From positions 27,975-91,974 of the forward strand of contig JBJKYM010000034.1 of NCBI GenBank assembly GCA_045561025.1: a stretch of DNA of 64,000 nt, read 5' to 3'. Under the pieces are notes generated by a model. It searched no databases. It was given only the letters and a program-made list of their open reading frames with translations, and was not told the origin of the DNA. Made by a program: the position numbers and the translations under genes. The stretch comes from Candidatus Rariloculaceae bacterium (GTDB lineage: Bacteria; Pseudomonadota; Gammaproteobacteria; Steroidobacterales; Rariloculaceae). Below, piece by piece: positions 27,041 to 37,825 of this stretch (positions are counted from its first letter, which is position 1; every line of letters begins with the position of its first letter).

Positions 27041-28182
27041 GCTGGAATGACCCCGACGACAAAGACAATCCCTGGCGATCCAATGGCGACAAAGGACCGG
27101 CAGATCTCGACGCGATCGTAAGAGATTTGCAGCGGAAGCTGTCGGGTCTCCTGGGTGGTAGTGGTAAAGGCCGCGGTAGTAACGGCGCCTCGGGCGGTAG
27201 TCCCGGCGGAAGACGGGCCGGCAGCGGTTTAATTACCGGTGCGGCGATGTTGCTGATCGCCGTATGGGCGTTTACCGGCTTCTATCAGGTCAACGATGCG
27301 GAACGCGGCATCGTTCTCAGATTCGGCTCGTTTCAGGCCCTGAAGCAGCCAGGTTTGCAATGGCATATCCCGTGGCCGGTAGAGTCCGTCGAGAGGATCA
27401 ACACGAATGTCACGGAACGGTTCCCGTATCAGGGCAGCATGCTAACGCGGGATGAGAACATCGTACTCGTCGATCTTGTCGTCCAGTATCGAAGAACCGA
27501 TCCGGAAGCCTACCTCTTCAATTTACGCTCGCCTGAACAAACGCTGGGTGATATCACCGGTAGCGCGATTCGTGAGGTTATTGGCAAGAATGAGCTCGAC
27601 TTCATCCTGACGGAAGGTCGAGCCGATGTGTCTGCCCAGGCTCAGACGCTGATCCAGGCAACGCTCGATGCCTACGATGCCGGACTTTCCGTGTACGAAG
27701 TCAACCTCCAGGAGGCGAATTTTCCGGGTGACGTCGAGGCCAGTGTCCAGGACGCGATCAAGGCACGTGAGGACAAGGAGCGCATGAGCTTCGAGGCGCA
27801 GGCCTACGCCAACGACATCGTGCCGAATGCACGTGGTGCCGCGTCGCGAGAATTGCAGGACGCCGAGGGTTATCGTGCCCGTGTCATCGCGGACGCAGAA
27901 GGCGAGGCGAGCCGCTTCAGCCAGATTCTTTTCGAGTACGAGAGGGCGCCGGCCGTTACCCGGCAGCGCATGTATCTCGAAACACTCGAGTCCATTCTCG
28001 CATCCTCGACCAAGGTGTTGCTCGATACCGAGGGTAGCGGCAACGGCAACATGATTTATCTGCCGTTGGACCGACTCATGGAACGTCGTGAGCCGCAGTC
28101 GAACATGCTCTCGCCCATGCCGCCAGCGGTAAGCGAGAATAACAATTCCGGTGCCCGGTTGCGGCCCCGCGATCTACGCTAG
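27037..28182 (+). CDS. hflK: FtsH protease modulator HflK
   Basis: N-terminal Gly-rich region, one TM helix, SPFH/band-7 domain. ATGA overlap with hflX. Confidence 0.9.
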   Translation: MSWNDPDDKDNPWRSNGDKGPADLDAIVRDLQRKLSGLLGGSGKGRGSNGASGGSPGGRRAGSGLITGAAMLLIAVWAFTGFYQVNDAERGIVLRFGSFQALKQPGLQWHIPWPVESVERINTNVTERFPYQGSMLTRDENIVLVDLVVQYRRTDPEAYLFNLRSPEQTLGDITGSAIREVIGKNELDFILTEGRADVSAQAQTLIQATLDAYDAGLSVYEVNLQEANFPGDVEASVQDAIKAREDKERMSFEAQAYANDIVPNARGAASRELQDAEGYRARVIADAEGEASRFSQILFEYERAPAVTRQRMYLETLESILASSTKVLLDTEGSGNGNMIYLPLDRLMERREPQSNMLSPMPPAVSENNNSGARLRPRDLR

Positions 28183-28198
28183 CTCAGGGAGCCGAATT

Positions 28199-29074
28199 AT
28201 GAGCCCGCGATTGAACTTGATACTGGTAGTCGTTGCTTTAGGCGTGATGCTCATCAGCATGACGGTGTTCACAGTGGATGAGCGCGAGCATGCCTTGAAG
28301 TTTCGCTTCGGAGAGATCGTCAAGTCCGACTACGAACCCGGTTTGCACTTCAAGATTCCGTTCGTTAACACCATCAACAAGTACCCGGATCGAATACTCG
28401 ATTACCGTGAGTCTCAGGAGCGGTTTCTAACGGGCGAGAAAAAGAACCTGATCGTCGACTACTTTATTACCTGGCGCATCAAGGATCCGGCGCAATACTA
28501 TCGCTCCGCACGTGGAGACGAGATGTTCGCGCAGCAGCGTCTGTCTGCAATTATTCGCGAAGGAATCAAGGCCGAATTTTCGAGGAGAACAGTCATTGAG
28601 GTTGTCTCCGCCGAGAGAAGCGAGATCATGTCGCAGATGCTCGTGCAGGCCAAGCAAAGAGCGCCTGAGCTCGGAGTCGAGGTTGTGGACGTGCGGGTTA
28701 TGCGCATTGAACTGTCCGACGAGGTCAGCGATTCGGTATACGCGCGGATGCAGCAGGAGCGCGCACGCGTAGCCTCGCAGCTTCGAGCAGAGGGTTCCGA
28801 AGATGCCGAGCGTATTCGCGCCGATGCCGATCGGCAACGAACGGTTATTCTAGCGGAGGCCTATCGCGATGCGGAGATCATGCGAGGTGAGGGTGACGCT
28901 CGTGCCGCTCAGACCTACGCGAATGCGTACATGGAGAATCCGGAGTTCTATGCGTTTTATCGGAGCATGCAGGCCTATCGCCAGTCGATCGGTGGCCGGC
29001 AGGATGTATTGGTTCTGAGCCCGGATAGCGATTTCTTCCAGTTCTTGCAGGAGCAGTCTGGCGCGACGCCGTAA
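28199..29074 (+). CDS. hflC: FtsH protease modulator HflC
   Basis: SPFH domain. I prefer ATG 28199 (MSPRLNLILVVVALG), which has GGGAG upstream, over the track start 28151. Confidence 0.9.
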   Translation: MSPRLNLILVVVALGVMLISMTVFTVDEREHALKFRFGEIVKSDYEPGLHFKIPFVNTINKYPDRILDYRESQERFLTGEKKNLIVDYFITWRIKDPAQYYRSARGDEMFAQQRLSAIIREGIKAEFSRRTVIEVVSAERSEIMSQMLVQAKQRAPELGVEVVDVRVMRIELSDEVSDSVYARMQQERARVASQLRAEGSEDAERIRADADRQRTVILAEAYRDAEIMRGEGDARAAQTYANAYMENPEFYAFYRSMQAYRQSIGGRQDVLVLSPDSDFFQFLQEQSGATP

Positions 29075-29117
29075 GCACTGACTTCGCAGTACATCACTTC
29101 GTCAGGAGGCTGGGATT

Positions 29118-30612
<1,495 letters not shown>

Positions 30613-30829
30613 CCACTGCCCGGCAAAATTAGGCAATAGGGTCAGAAGGCACTATAATATTCGTCGATAACTCATTATAAAAAAAAGAGAAATCGTCCCA
30701 ATGAATCTATGGCAGCGCGACGATAGCGTCGTTGAAAGATCGTGATCTGGGTCCGGGCATCGCTGGACGAATGGACATAATCTCTTTACTTTCTAGGGGG
30801 GCTCTCGGCCTGTCGGGATCGTTGCGATT

Positions 30830-33199
30830 ATGAAGCGGCTTTGGTCTATCTTTTTGGTGGTGTTCGCCAGTGGCGTCGTTCACGCACAGACGGCGAATCT
30901 GCCGCGTCCCGCAGGTATCGAACCCGATGTACAGTTCTGGGTTCGGGTCTATACAGAGGTCAATACCCGCAGCGGGTTTATTCATGACTCGAAGCATCTC
31001 GGCGTCGTCTACCGCACCGTGCGTTTCGAGGACGGAGCCAGCCGGCGCCAGCGTACGCGACAGATCAACGACGCGTACCAGGAAATTCGTGATCTGTTAG
31101 CCGTACTCGCCGATGGCAAGCGCGAAAATCTTACGCCGGCTGAGGAATCGATACTCTCGTTATGGCCTGATGATGTCAGCAATGCTGAGTTGCGGGCTTC
31201 CTCGGGAAATCTTCGCTTTCAGCTTGGGCAGTCGGACCGCTTCCGAGCCGGGCTGATCCGCTCCGGAATCTGGCGCTCCTATATAGAAGTTGTTCTGGCT
31301 GACCGGGGGTTGCCGCCGGAACTCGTGGCGCTGCCGCATGTAGAGTCGTCGTTCGACCCGACCGCGTATTCGAAGGTGGGTGCCGCGGGTATGTGGCAAT
31401 TCACGCGCTCGACCGGCCTGCGTTACATGCGTATCGACCACATCATCGACGAGCGACGAGATCCGTTTATCTCAACGGTTGCCGCGAGTCGTTTGCTTGA
31501 GAATAACTTTGGCGTACTGCAGAGCTGGCCTCTGGCGATAACCGCTTACAACCACGGCCAGGCAGGCATGCGTCGCGCAGTGCGGCAGCAGGGTACTGAT
31601 GAGATCGAGACGATTCTTAGAAACTACGAAGGGCGCACCTTCGGGTTCGCGTCGCGTAATTTCTATGTCGCTTTCCTCGCGGCGGTTCAGGTCGATCAGA
31701 ACTATGAGGATTACTTTGGCCCGCTGGAGTTCGAATCAGCGGCGGCGATTACTGTCGTTGAGGTGCCTGCCTACGTCACGGTAGCGACGCTTCAGGCTGC
31801 GCTCGATACCGATCGCGGCGTACTTCGAAGCTGGAATCCAGCGCTTACCGATGCTGTTTGGGGCGGGGACAAGTTCGTTCCTCGTGGCTTCGAACTTCGA
31901 CTTCCCTCGGAGATGGTGGTAGATCCTGCCGAACTGTTCGATTCGGTTGCTGAGACACAGCGTTACGCGGCACAGATGCCCGATATCATTCATCGCGTTC
32001 GCAGCGGTGACACGGTCTCGGGCATCGCGGACCGCTACGGCGTCAGCATGACATCGCTGGTACAGCTCAACGGCTTGCGTAGTCGAAATTTTATCCGGGC
32101 CGGTCAGGTTCTGAGGCTTCCGGGTAGCGATGGCAGCGTACCGCTTACGCTCGCTCAGCTTAATGGCGATCAACCAATCGCTCCTGAGGCGATGCCATCC
32201 AGTGGCAGTTACGTTGTTCGGTCAGGTGACAGTATCGATGTGATCTCGCGGCGTTTCGGTGTGCCCGAAGAACAGCTTCTGGCTCGCAATGGAATTGCCA
32301 ACAAGAACAGAATCTATGTAGGCCAGGAGTTGTTCCTGGATACCTCCGTAACCGAGATCGAAGAAATTCCGGCTGAAGTCGCGTTCGCGTCCGTTGAGTC
32401 TGCTCCTGCAGTAGCCCCGGCCTCCGCGGTAGCTGCCGTCCCCGAAGCTACGTCGGCAGATATGCCGGCGGCCGAGGCGGTCGTTGCAGCGACGGAGGAC
32501 GCCGAGACTCTGGAACCCGGTCCGCTGGAATTTCAGCCGGCAGAGAGAATTCCGGCGCCGCCGATCTTTATCGTCGATACGGGCGAGACGCTCGCTGAAG
32601 ATGCAGCACTTGCGGCCGTAACGGATTCCCTGGGACCGGAAGCTGAGCCGGAGCCGGAGTTCGCAGAAGACGAAAATGTTCTGTCCAGTGCTCAGGCGGA
32701 GATGGCCGCCGACCCCAGCGACTATCTCGTCAGTACGGATAATACGATTGAAGTACAGGCGCTCGAGACGCTCGGTCACTATGCCGATTGGCTCGGAATA
32801 AGGACTCAGCGTCTCCGTGATATCAACGGTATGCTGTTTGAGCGCGCCGTTGTCATCGGCCAACGTCTGGAACTGGATTTCTCCGAAATAGACCGGACGA
32901 CGTTTGAGCAACGCCGCGTCGAGTACCAGCAGCGGACCCAGGAGGCATTTTTCCTCGCCTATCAGATTACCGGAACGCGTGACCATGTCGTGCGCTCTGG
33001 TGAGTCGCTATGGGTGCTGGCGCTGAGAAGATACCGTGTACCAGTCTGGTTACTGCGTCAGTTCAATCCTGACCTCGATCTGGACCGCGTAACGCCAGAC
33101 ACGGTAGTCAAATTCCCCGAGCTACAGGTTATCGCTGCCGACGACAATGAGGCGCGGGCGTCTACGGTTTCAACTGCCGGCGTGAGCGAAGATATCTAG
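30830..33199 (+). CDS. exported lytic transglycosylase with LysM repeats (MltD-like) and long acidic linker
   Basis: Signal peptide, SLT catalytic block (LPHVESSFDPTAYSKVGAAGMWQF), and at least three LysM-like units (HRVRSGDTVSGIADRYG.., YVVRSGDSIDVISRRFG.., HVVRSGESLWVLA..). Confidence 0.8.
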   Translation: MKRLWSIFLVVFASGVVHAQTANLPRPAGIEPDVQFWVRVYTEVNTRSGFIHDSKHLGVVYRTVRFEDGASRRQRTRQINDAYQEIRDLLAVLADGKRENLTPAEESILSLWPDDVSNAELRASSGNLRFQLGQSDRFRAGLIRSGIWRSYIEVVLADRGLPPELVALPHVESSFDPTAYSKVGAAGMWQFTRSTGLRYMRIDHIIDERRDPFISTVAASRLLENNFGVLQSWPLAITAYNHGQAGMRRAVRQQGTDEIETILRNYEGRTFGFASRNFYVAFLAAVQVDQNYEDYFGPLEFESAAAITVVEVPAYVTVATLQAALDTDRGVLRSWNPALTDAVWGGDKFVPRGFELRLPSEMVVDPAELFDSVAETQRYAAQMPDIIHRVRSGDTVSGIADRYGVSMTSLVQLNGLRSRNFIRAGQVLRLPGSDGSVPLTLAQLNGDQPIAPEAMPSSGSYVVRSGDSIDVISRRFGVPEEQLLARNGIANKNRIYVGQELFLDTSVTEIEEIPAEVAFASVESAPAVAPASAVAAVPEATSADMPAAEAVVAATEDAETLEPGPLEFQPAERIPAPPIFIVDTGETLAEDAALAAVTDSLGPEAEPEPEFAEDENVLSSAQAEMAADPSDYLVSTDNTIEVQALETLGHYADWLGIRTQRLRDINGMLFERAVVIGQRLELDFSEIDRTTFEQRRVEYQQRTQEAFFLAYQITGTRDHVVRSGESLWVLALRRYRVPVWLLRQFNPDLDLDRVTPDTVVKFPELQVIAADDNEARASTVSTAGVSEDI

Positions 33200-33432
33200 C
33201 TCTCGACGAAGAAAATACCTGTTGCTGCGGCTTCGCGACGGTCAAGTGCCTTCTCCTGTCCGACCCTAGAACTGACACCCTGAAACGGGGTTGGTATGCT
33301 GCACGCAGCATAATAAAGCCGAGCTGTATCTGCGTTAGCTGCTGCTACGCTCATACTGGATCATCCGGACAGACCTTATGGGGGTTCACTGTCAATAGTC
33401 TCTGGACAGCTTTTCTGTCGTTAGTTCTTCTC

Positions 33433-34887
33433 GTGCTGCCGGGCGGCTGGCTCGCCGCGCAGTCGCGGGCCGAAGCCGAGAATATGGCCTTGTTGGCGCA
33501 TCATCCGCTCGACGGTCGGCCGTCCTACACGCCGATGCCGCACCTCTACGGTGACCGCTGGATACTTTTCGCGGGTCATCACGCCGGCGAAGCGGTCAAC
33601 TCGCTGAACGGTGAGGTCGAGGGTAACGGTACCTGGGTACTTGATGTGACGGATCCGCGAAATCCGATCTATCTTTCATACATTCCCGCGCCGCCCTGGG
33701 AAGAGCATGGATCCATGTCTCTCGGGACCGGTGCGCAGCACGTTCAGGTTTGCGATGGCACAGAGCTGTCAGCAGGGGATCCTGACAAGGTTTATATGTT
33801 GCGCTCGCTTGGCAACGTGAGTCATGAGGTCTACGACGTTACCGACCCGAGTGCGCCGGAGTTTCTGGTTACTGTCGTCTGGACCGGCGATTCGCCACCG
33901 ATGGAGCCGTATGCCGACTTCTACGACACGAAAGGGACGCACAAGAACTGGTGGGATTGCGAGACCGGAGTCGCCTACGTCACTTCGAGTATTACCGGAT
34001 GGCGGAAGTGGCGAAATCTCCAGGCCTTCGATCTGAGTCGACCTGAGGAGCCAAAACATATCCGGGATTTCAGTCTGTCCGGCACAGAACCGACGGCATT
34101 AATACCTGCGGTTGAGGCACCAGGGGGCTACTCGGGGCTTCACCAGCCGACGATATTCGGCGATCGGATCTATCTTGCTTACGGTATGGATAGCGATGGC
34201 GTTATTCAGATTCTGGATCGAGACAAGTTCCTCAACGGAGATCCGAATTCGGATCAACCGTTCGCACCGACACCGGAAAACTTTCTCTATCCTGAGATTT
34301 CGCGGATCGACCTTCCAAGCTACTGGGGCGGTCATAGTGTGCATCCGATACTTGGAATGGAGATTCCCGACTACACCGATGACGAAACGCACAGCGTAAG
34401 AGATATTCTGGTCATCGTGTCCGAGGTCACAGCTAATGAGTGCGGGTACGCGCGCCATGCGACTTTTTTCGTCGACATCACCGAGGAAGACAAGCCGTTC
34501 GGGATTTCCTCGTTCCAGGTGCCTGAGGAAGAAGGGGGCTTCTGTAATCGCGGTGGAAGATTCGGGCCCCATGCCTCCAACGACTCGATGGAGCCCGTCT
34601 TCTACAAGAACACGCTGCTTCTTTCCTACTTCAATGCGGGCGTCCGGGCCGTCGATATTCGTGATCCGTTCAACCCGCGACAGATCGCGTACTACATTCC
34701 GGCAATTACGGAGAATACGGATCAACGCTGCGTTGAGGAAAATGGCGAGCGAGAATGTAAGGCCGCGATCCAGACGAACAACGTGAATTACGATGCGCGC
34801 GGAACTATCTATGCGCTGGATCGCGCGAATACCGGACTCCATATTCTGGAGCTGACGGGATCCGCGCGGGACGGAACCGGCCTGTAA
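33433..34887 (+). CDS. exported LVIVD-repeat beta-propeller-like protein (true start probably ATG 33378, out of frame by one G)
   Basis: Repeated xDVtDPxxP units (VLDVTDPRNP, VYDVTDPSAP, AFDLSRPEEP, AVDIRDPFNP, ..GLHILEL). The frame upstream of 33433 encodes a signal-peptide-like LWTAFLSLVLLVLPGGWLAAQS but contains no start codon. Confidence 0.7.
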   Translation: MLPGGWLAAQSRAEAENMALLAHHPLDGRPSYTPMPHLYGDRWILFAGHHAGEAVNSLNGEVEGNGTWVLDVTDPRNPIYLSYIPAPPWEEHGSMSLGTGAQHVQVCDGTELSAGDPDKVYMLRSLGNVSHEVYDVTDPSAPEFLVTVVWTGDSPPMEPYADFYDTKGTHKNWWDCETGVAYVTSSITGWRKWRNLQAFDLSRPEEPKHIRDFSLSGTEPTALIPAVEAPGGYSGLHQPTIFGDRIYLAYGMDSDGVIQILDRDKFLNGDPNSDQPFAPTPENFLYPEISRIDLPSYWGGHSVHPILGMEIPDYTDDETHSVRDILVIVSEVTANECGYARHATFFVDITEEDKPFGISSFQVPEEEGGFCNRGGRFGPHASNDSMEPVFYKNTLLLSYFNAGVRAVDIRDPFNPRQIAYYIPAITENTDQRCVEENGERECKAAIQTNNVNYDARGTIYALDRANTGLHILELTGSARDGTGL

Positions 34888-34928
34888 CCAGGCCGGACGA
34901 CAGTAATCAGGAAAACAAGGAAAACACC

Positions 34929-36215
34929 ATGACCAAACGATTGAATCACTACGCGACGACTTTCTGGAGCATCGTATTTACGTTACTGATGCTACCGCTT
35001 TCGCTGCAGGCGCAGACGTCCGCACCGTTCGCTGCGGTACCGGGTGAGCGCGGCGGCCAGGATATTACGGGCCCCTATGAAGTAGATCCCGACTGGCCGA
35101 AGGATATATCGACTCTTCCAGGACACGAGGGTTGGACCTGGGGAGCCGGGCAGAGCGTTTTCGCCGAGAGCCCCGATCGCGTTTACGTATTGCAGCGTGG
35201 TGAGTTACCCGTAGTTGAGCGACCGGAGCGACGCCCGCTTCATGATGTAGGCGACAGTATCTACTTCCCGATCGGCCGGTTGCCTTATCGCGATGCAACT
35301 GCATCGAGTTTACCCGCCAACGGTGGTGCAGGGAGCCTGGCTGAAACAGGCCTGGAGGTATGGGAGGCGAACGGTGGCCGAATGGGTGTCGACGCACGCT
35401 GGGAACACTGCATCCTCGTAATAAACGGTGAGGGTGAAATTATTGAGGAGTGGACGCAGTGGGACTCGATGATGCAGCGACCGCATTTCGTAGCGATCAA
35501 TCCCTACGATCCGGAGAAACATGTCTGGATAGTCGACGATCACAAGCACGTTATTCATAAGTTCACCAACGACGGTAGTGAGTTAGTCCAATCGATCGGT
35601 ACCTACGGTGAGCTGGGTGGTGACGAGACTCATTTCAATCGTCCGAGTTTCCTCGCCTGGTTTCCGGACAGCAGCTTCGTTGTGGCAGACGGCTATAACG
35701 GCAGCCGCGTCGTGAAGTTCGATGCGGACGGCAACTATTTGATGCAGTGGGGAGAGCCGGCCGAAAGAACGCGCAACGACCGGCGGCCAAACCATTTCTT
35801 CAATGTTCACGGCATTGCGATCGATCCGGAGACGAACAGGGTTTTCGTCAACGATCGTTACAATCAACGAGTTCAGATCTTCAGTGAAGATGGCGAGTAT
35901 CTTGATGAGTGGAGCATGGGTGAGCTGCCCTCCGATGTTCATCTCTTCAATATCTCGGCGGACGGTTACCTCTGGGCCGCCGATCGCGGTACGAACAAAA
36001 TTCTGAAGTACACACTGGACGGCGAATTTCTGTATTCCTGGGGTACCTGGGGTGATTTCCCGGGCGGAATGTGGGGCGTGCATGGAATGAGTGTCGACCA
36101 GGATGGAAACTTCTACATCGCTGAAGTCGACAACGGTGGCGTCCAGAAATACGTTCCGAGAGAGGGGGTAAATCCCGATTATCTCTACGGACAACCTGTC
36201 CGCGCCGCGTGGTAG
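34929..36215 (+). CDS. exported NHL-repeat six-bladed propeller, peptidyl-alpha-hydroxyglycine alpha-amidating lyase (PAL)-like, copy 1
   Basis: Signal peptide. NHL-type repeats (FVVADGYNGSRVVKFD.DGNYL, RVFVNDRYNQRVQIFSEDGEYL, LWAADRGTNKILKYTLDGEFL, FYIAEVDNGGVQKY). About two-thirds identical by eye to 39106-40368. Confidence 0.8.
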   Translation: MTKRLNHYATTFWSIVFTLLMLPLSLQAQTSAPFAAVPGERGGQDITGPYEVDPDWPKDISTLPGHEGWTWGAGQSVFAESPDRVYVLQRGELPVVERPERRPLHDVGDSIYFPIGRLPYRDATASSLPANGGAGSLAETGLEVWEANGGRMGVDARWEHCILVINGEGEIIEEWTQWDSMMQRPHFVAINPYDPEKHVWIVDDHKHVIHKFTNDGSELVQSIGTYGELGGDETHFNRPSFLAWFPDSSFVVADGYNGSRVVKFDADGNYLMQWGEPAERTRNDRRPNHFFNVHGIAIDPETNRVFVNDRYNQRVQIFSEDGEYLDEWSMGELPSDVHLFNISADGYLWAADRGTNKILKYTLDGEFLYSWGTWGDFPGGMWGVHGMSVDQDGNFYIAEVDNGGVQKYVPREGVNPDYLYGQPVRAAW

Positions 36216-36345
36216 TCGAGCGGTCATCCCGCTAGCACCTGACAGCCTGCGGAGCGGTCTCCATCCGGGGGGGGCTCCGGCACCTAAGTCCCCGTTTATT
36301 AAATAAATTTAACTCCGCTGATGAGTCATATTCGCTCCACAACCG

Positions 36346-36375
36346 TTGACGGCACAACGTTGGCACGGGGATACT
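36346..36375 (+). promoter_or_regulatory. candidate sigma70 promoter upstream of DUF6152 copy 1
   Basis: TTGACG (36346-36351), 18 nt, GATACT (36370-36375), within a 237-bp AT-richer gap. Sequence match only. Confidence 0.25.
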
Positions 36376-36452
36376 TGTGTGCATAAATAATTCAGGGAAT
36401 TCGGGGTGGCGAACAAAGTTTCTCGATCGACCGCGTCCGCTATGGAGATGGC

Positions 36453-36872
36453 ATGATCCGAGAGATGGTAAGAGTTTTTTTTCTTTCGACTTTGTTGTTC
36501 GCAGCGGGAAGCATAGCGTTCGCACACCATGGTGGAGCGGCCTATGACGGCAGTGCTAGCGCCACCGTGACGGGCGCCGTCACGAAGTTCGAATTCGTTA
36601 ATCCGCACGTCCTGATTTATATCGCCGTAACAGGTGATGACGGTGAAACCGTCGAGTGGTCCGGAGAGTTGACGAGCCCGAATCGTCTCGCGCGCATGGA
36701 ACGAGGATCCACGACGCCATGGAGTAAGGATATTCTCCAGCCAGGTGACGTCATTACGCTATCGGGAAATCCGGCAAGAACTGGAGCGCCGTCGTTGCGT
36801 CTGCAAACGGTAATCGATTCGAACGGCGAAGTGCTGGTCGGTGACGATGACGATGACGATGACGATGACTAA
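36453..36872 (+). CDS. DUF6152 family exported protein, copy 1, with 9-Asp C-terminal tail
   Basis: Signal peptide ending IAFA, then HHGGAAYD...VTGAVTKFEFVNPH...GD.ITLSG.P.R.G pattern as I recall for DUF6152. Ends in GDDDDDDDDD. Confidence 0.68.
   Translation: MIREMVRVFFLSTLLFAAGSIAFAHHGGAAYDGSASATVTGAVTKFEFVNPHVLIYIAVTGDDGETVEWSGELTSPNRLARMERGSTTPWSKDILQPGDVITLSGNPARTGAPSLRLQTVIDSNGEVLVGDDDDDDDDD
36843..36869 (+). repeat. (GACGAT)4-GAC simple-sequence repeat encoding poly-Asp
   Basis: gacgatgacgatgacgatgacgatgac lies immediately before the TAA at 36870. Confidence 0.95.
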
Positions 36873-36929
36873 GAAGTCGCCTGCTGTCTTGTGAATCGGG
36901 CTCGGCCCGAAACCTGAAGGACAACAACT

Positions 36930-37685
36930 ATGCTAACTCGTGTAATCGGTACGCTAGCTCTCGTATCGGGTTTGTTACTTGCTACTTCCGCCCTCCGAGC
37001 GCAGCCAGAAGGACATGGTGCTGATTTCTCGGGTGTATGGACGAATTTTTCGCCGGAGGCCACGCGATCCTTCGAGAACTCGGCCCTTCGGCCCGACCCG
37101 CCGCCGATGACCGAATGGGCACAGGAACGCTACGATCAGGCGAAGCCGACGTTCGGATCACGAAGCGTCCCGGTTCTCGAGACGAATGATCCCGTCTATG
37201 AGTGCTTTCGTCCGGGAACTCCCAGAATTTACATGCATCCGTTTCCAATGGAGATCGTCCAGACGCCGGGGCGGGTGCTAATGCTGTTTGAGTACGATCA
37301 TGCAGTGCGGCAGGTCTTTACTGACGGCCGCGAGCATCGTACCGATCTAGCGCCGATGTGGATGGGCGACTCCACGGGTCATTGGGAGGGCGACACGCTC
37401 GTCGTCGAAACGGTCAACTTCAACGACAAGACCTGGATAGATCGTGAGGGGGTACCTCACAGTGAGGAGCTGCGCGTTCTGGAACGCATCAGACTTGACG
37501 ATGACGGCAATCTGCTGATCGGGATCACGATTGAGGATCCGGTTGCCTTCACCGAAACATGGACAGGGCAGAGGCGCTACCGGCCGGTCGACTGGAATAT
37601 CGAAGAGTTCTCGTGTATGGATAATGTCAATTTCGAGGCGTTTGAAGACGAGATGCTCAACTACGATCCCGATGCGGCGAACTAG
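36930..37685 (+). CDS. exported protein of unknown family (paralog of 8641-9801)
   Basis: Signal peptide. Shared blocks include YECF.PGTPR, GHWEGDTLVVETVNFNDKTW and the C-terminal EF.C.DN. Confidence 0.6.
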   Translation: MLTRVIGTLALVSGLLLATSALRAQPEGHGADFSGVWTNFSPEATRSFENSALRPDPPPMTEWAQERYDQAKPTFGSRSVPVLETNDPVYECFRPGTPRIYMHPFPMEIVQTPGRVLMLFEYDHAVRQVFTDGREHRTDLAPMWMGDSTGHWEGDTLVVETVNFNDKTWIDREGVPHSEELRVLERIRLDDDGNLLIGITIEDPVAFTETWTGQRRYRPVDWNIEEFSCMDNVNFEAFEDEMLNYDPDAAN

Positions 37686-37825
37686 ATCGCCTGAAAGGAT
37701 TGAAAGCTATGCAGGGTGCGCGTATCTTGCATTAGGTAGCTACTAGTTACATCGAATAAATAGCCTATAAAAACAATAAGATATAGTTAAAATATAAAGT
37801 AAAAAATATGTTGGAGCCAGCCATC

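Noticed and set aside
36360-36378. TTGGCACGGGGATACTTGT looked like a sigma54 -24/-12 element
   Set aside because: GG-N10-GC spacing is not met: the bases at the -12 position are CT, and the TTG is displaced by 2 nt. No EBP gene is nearby.
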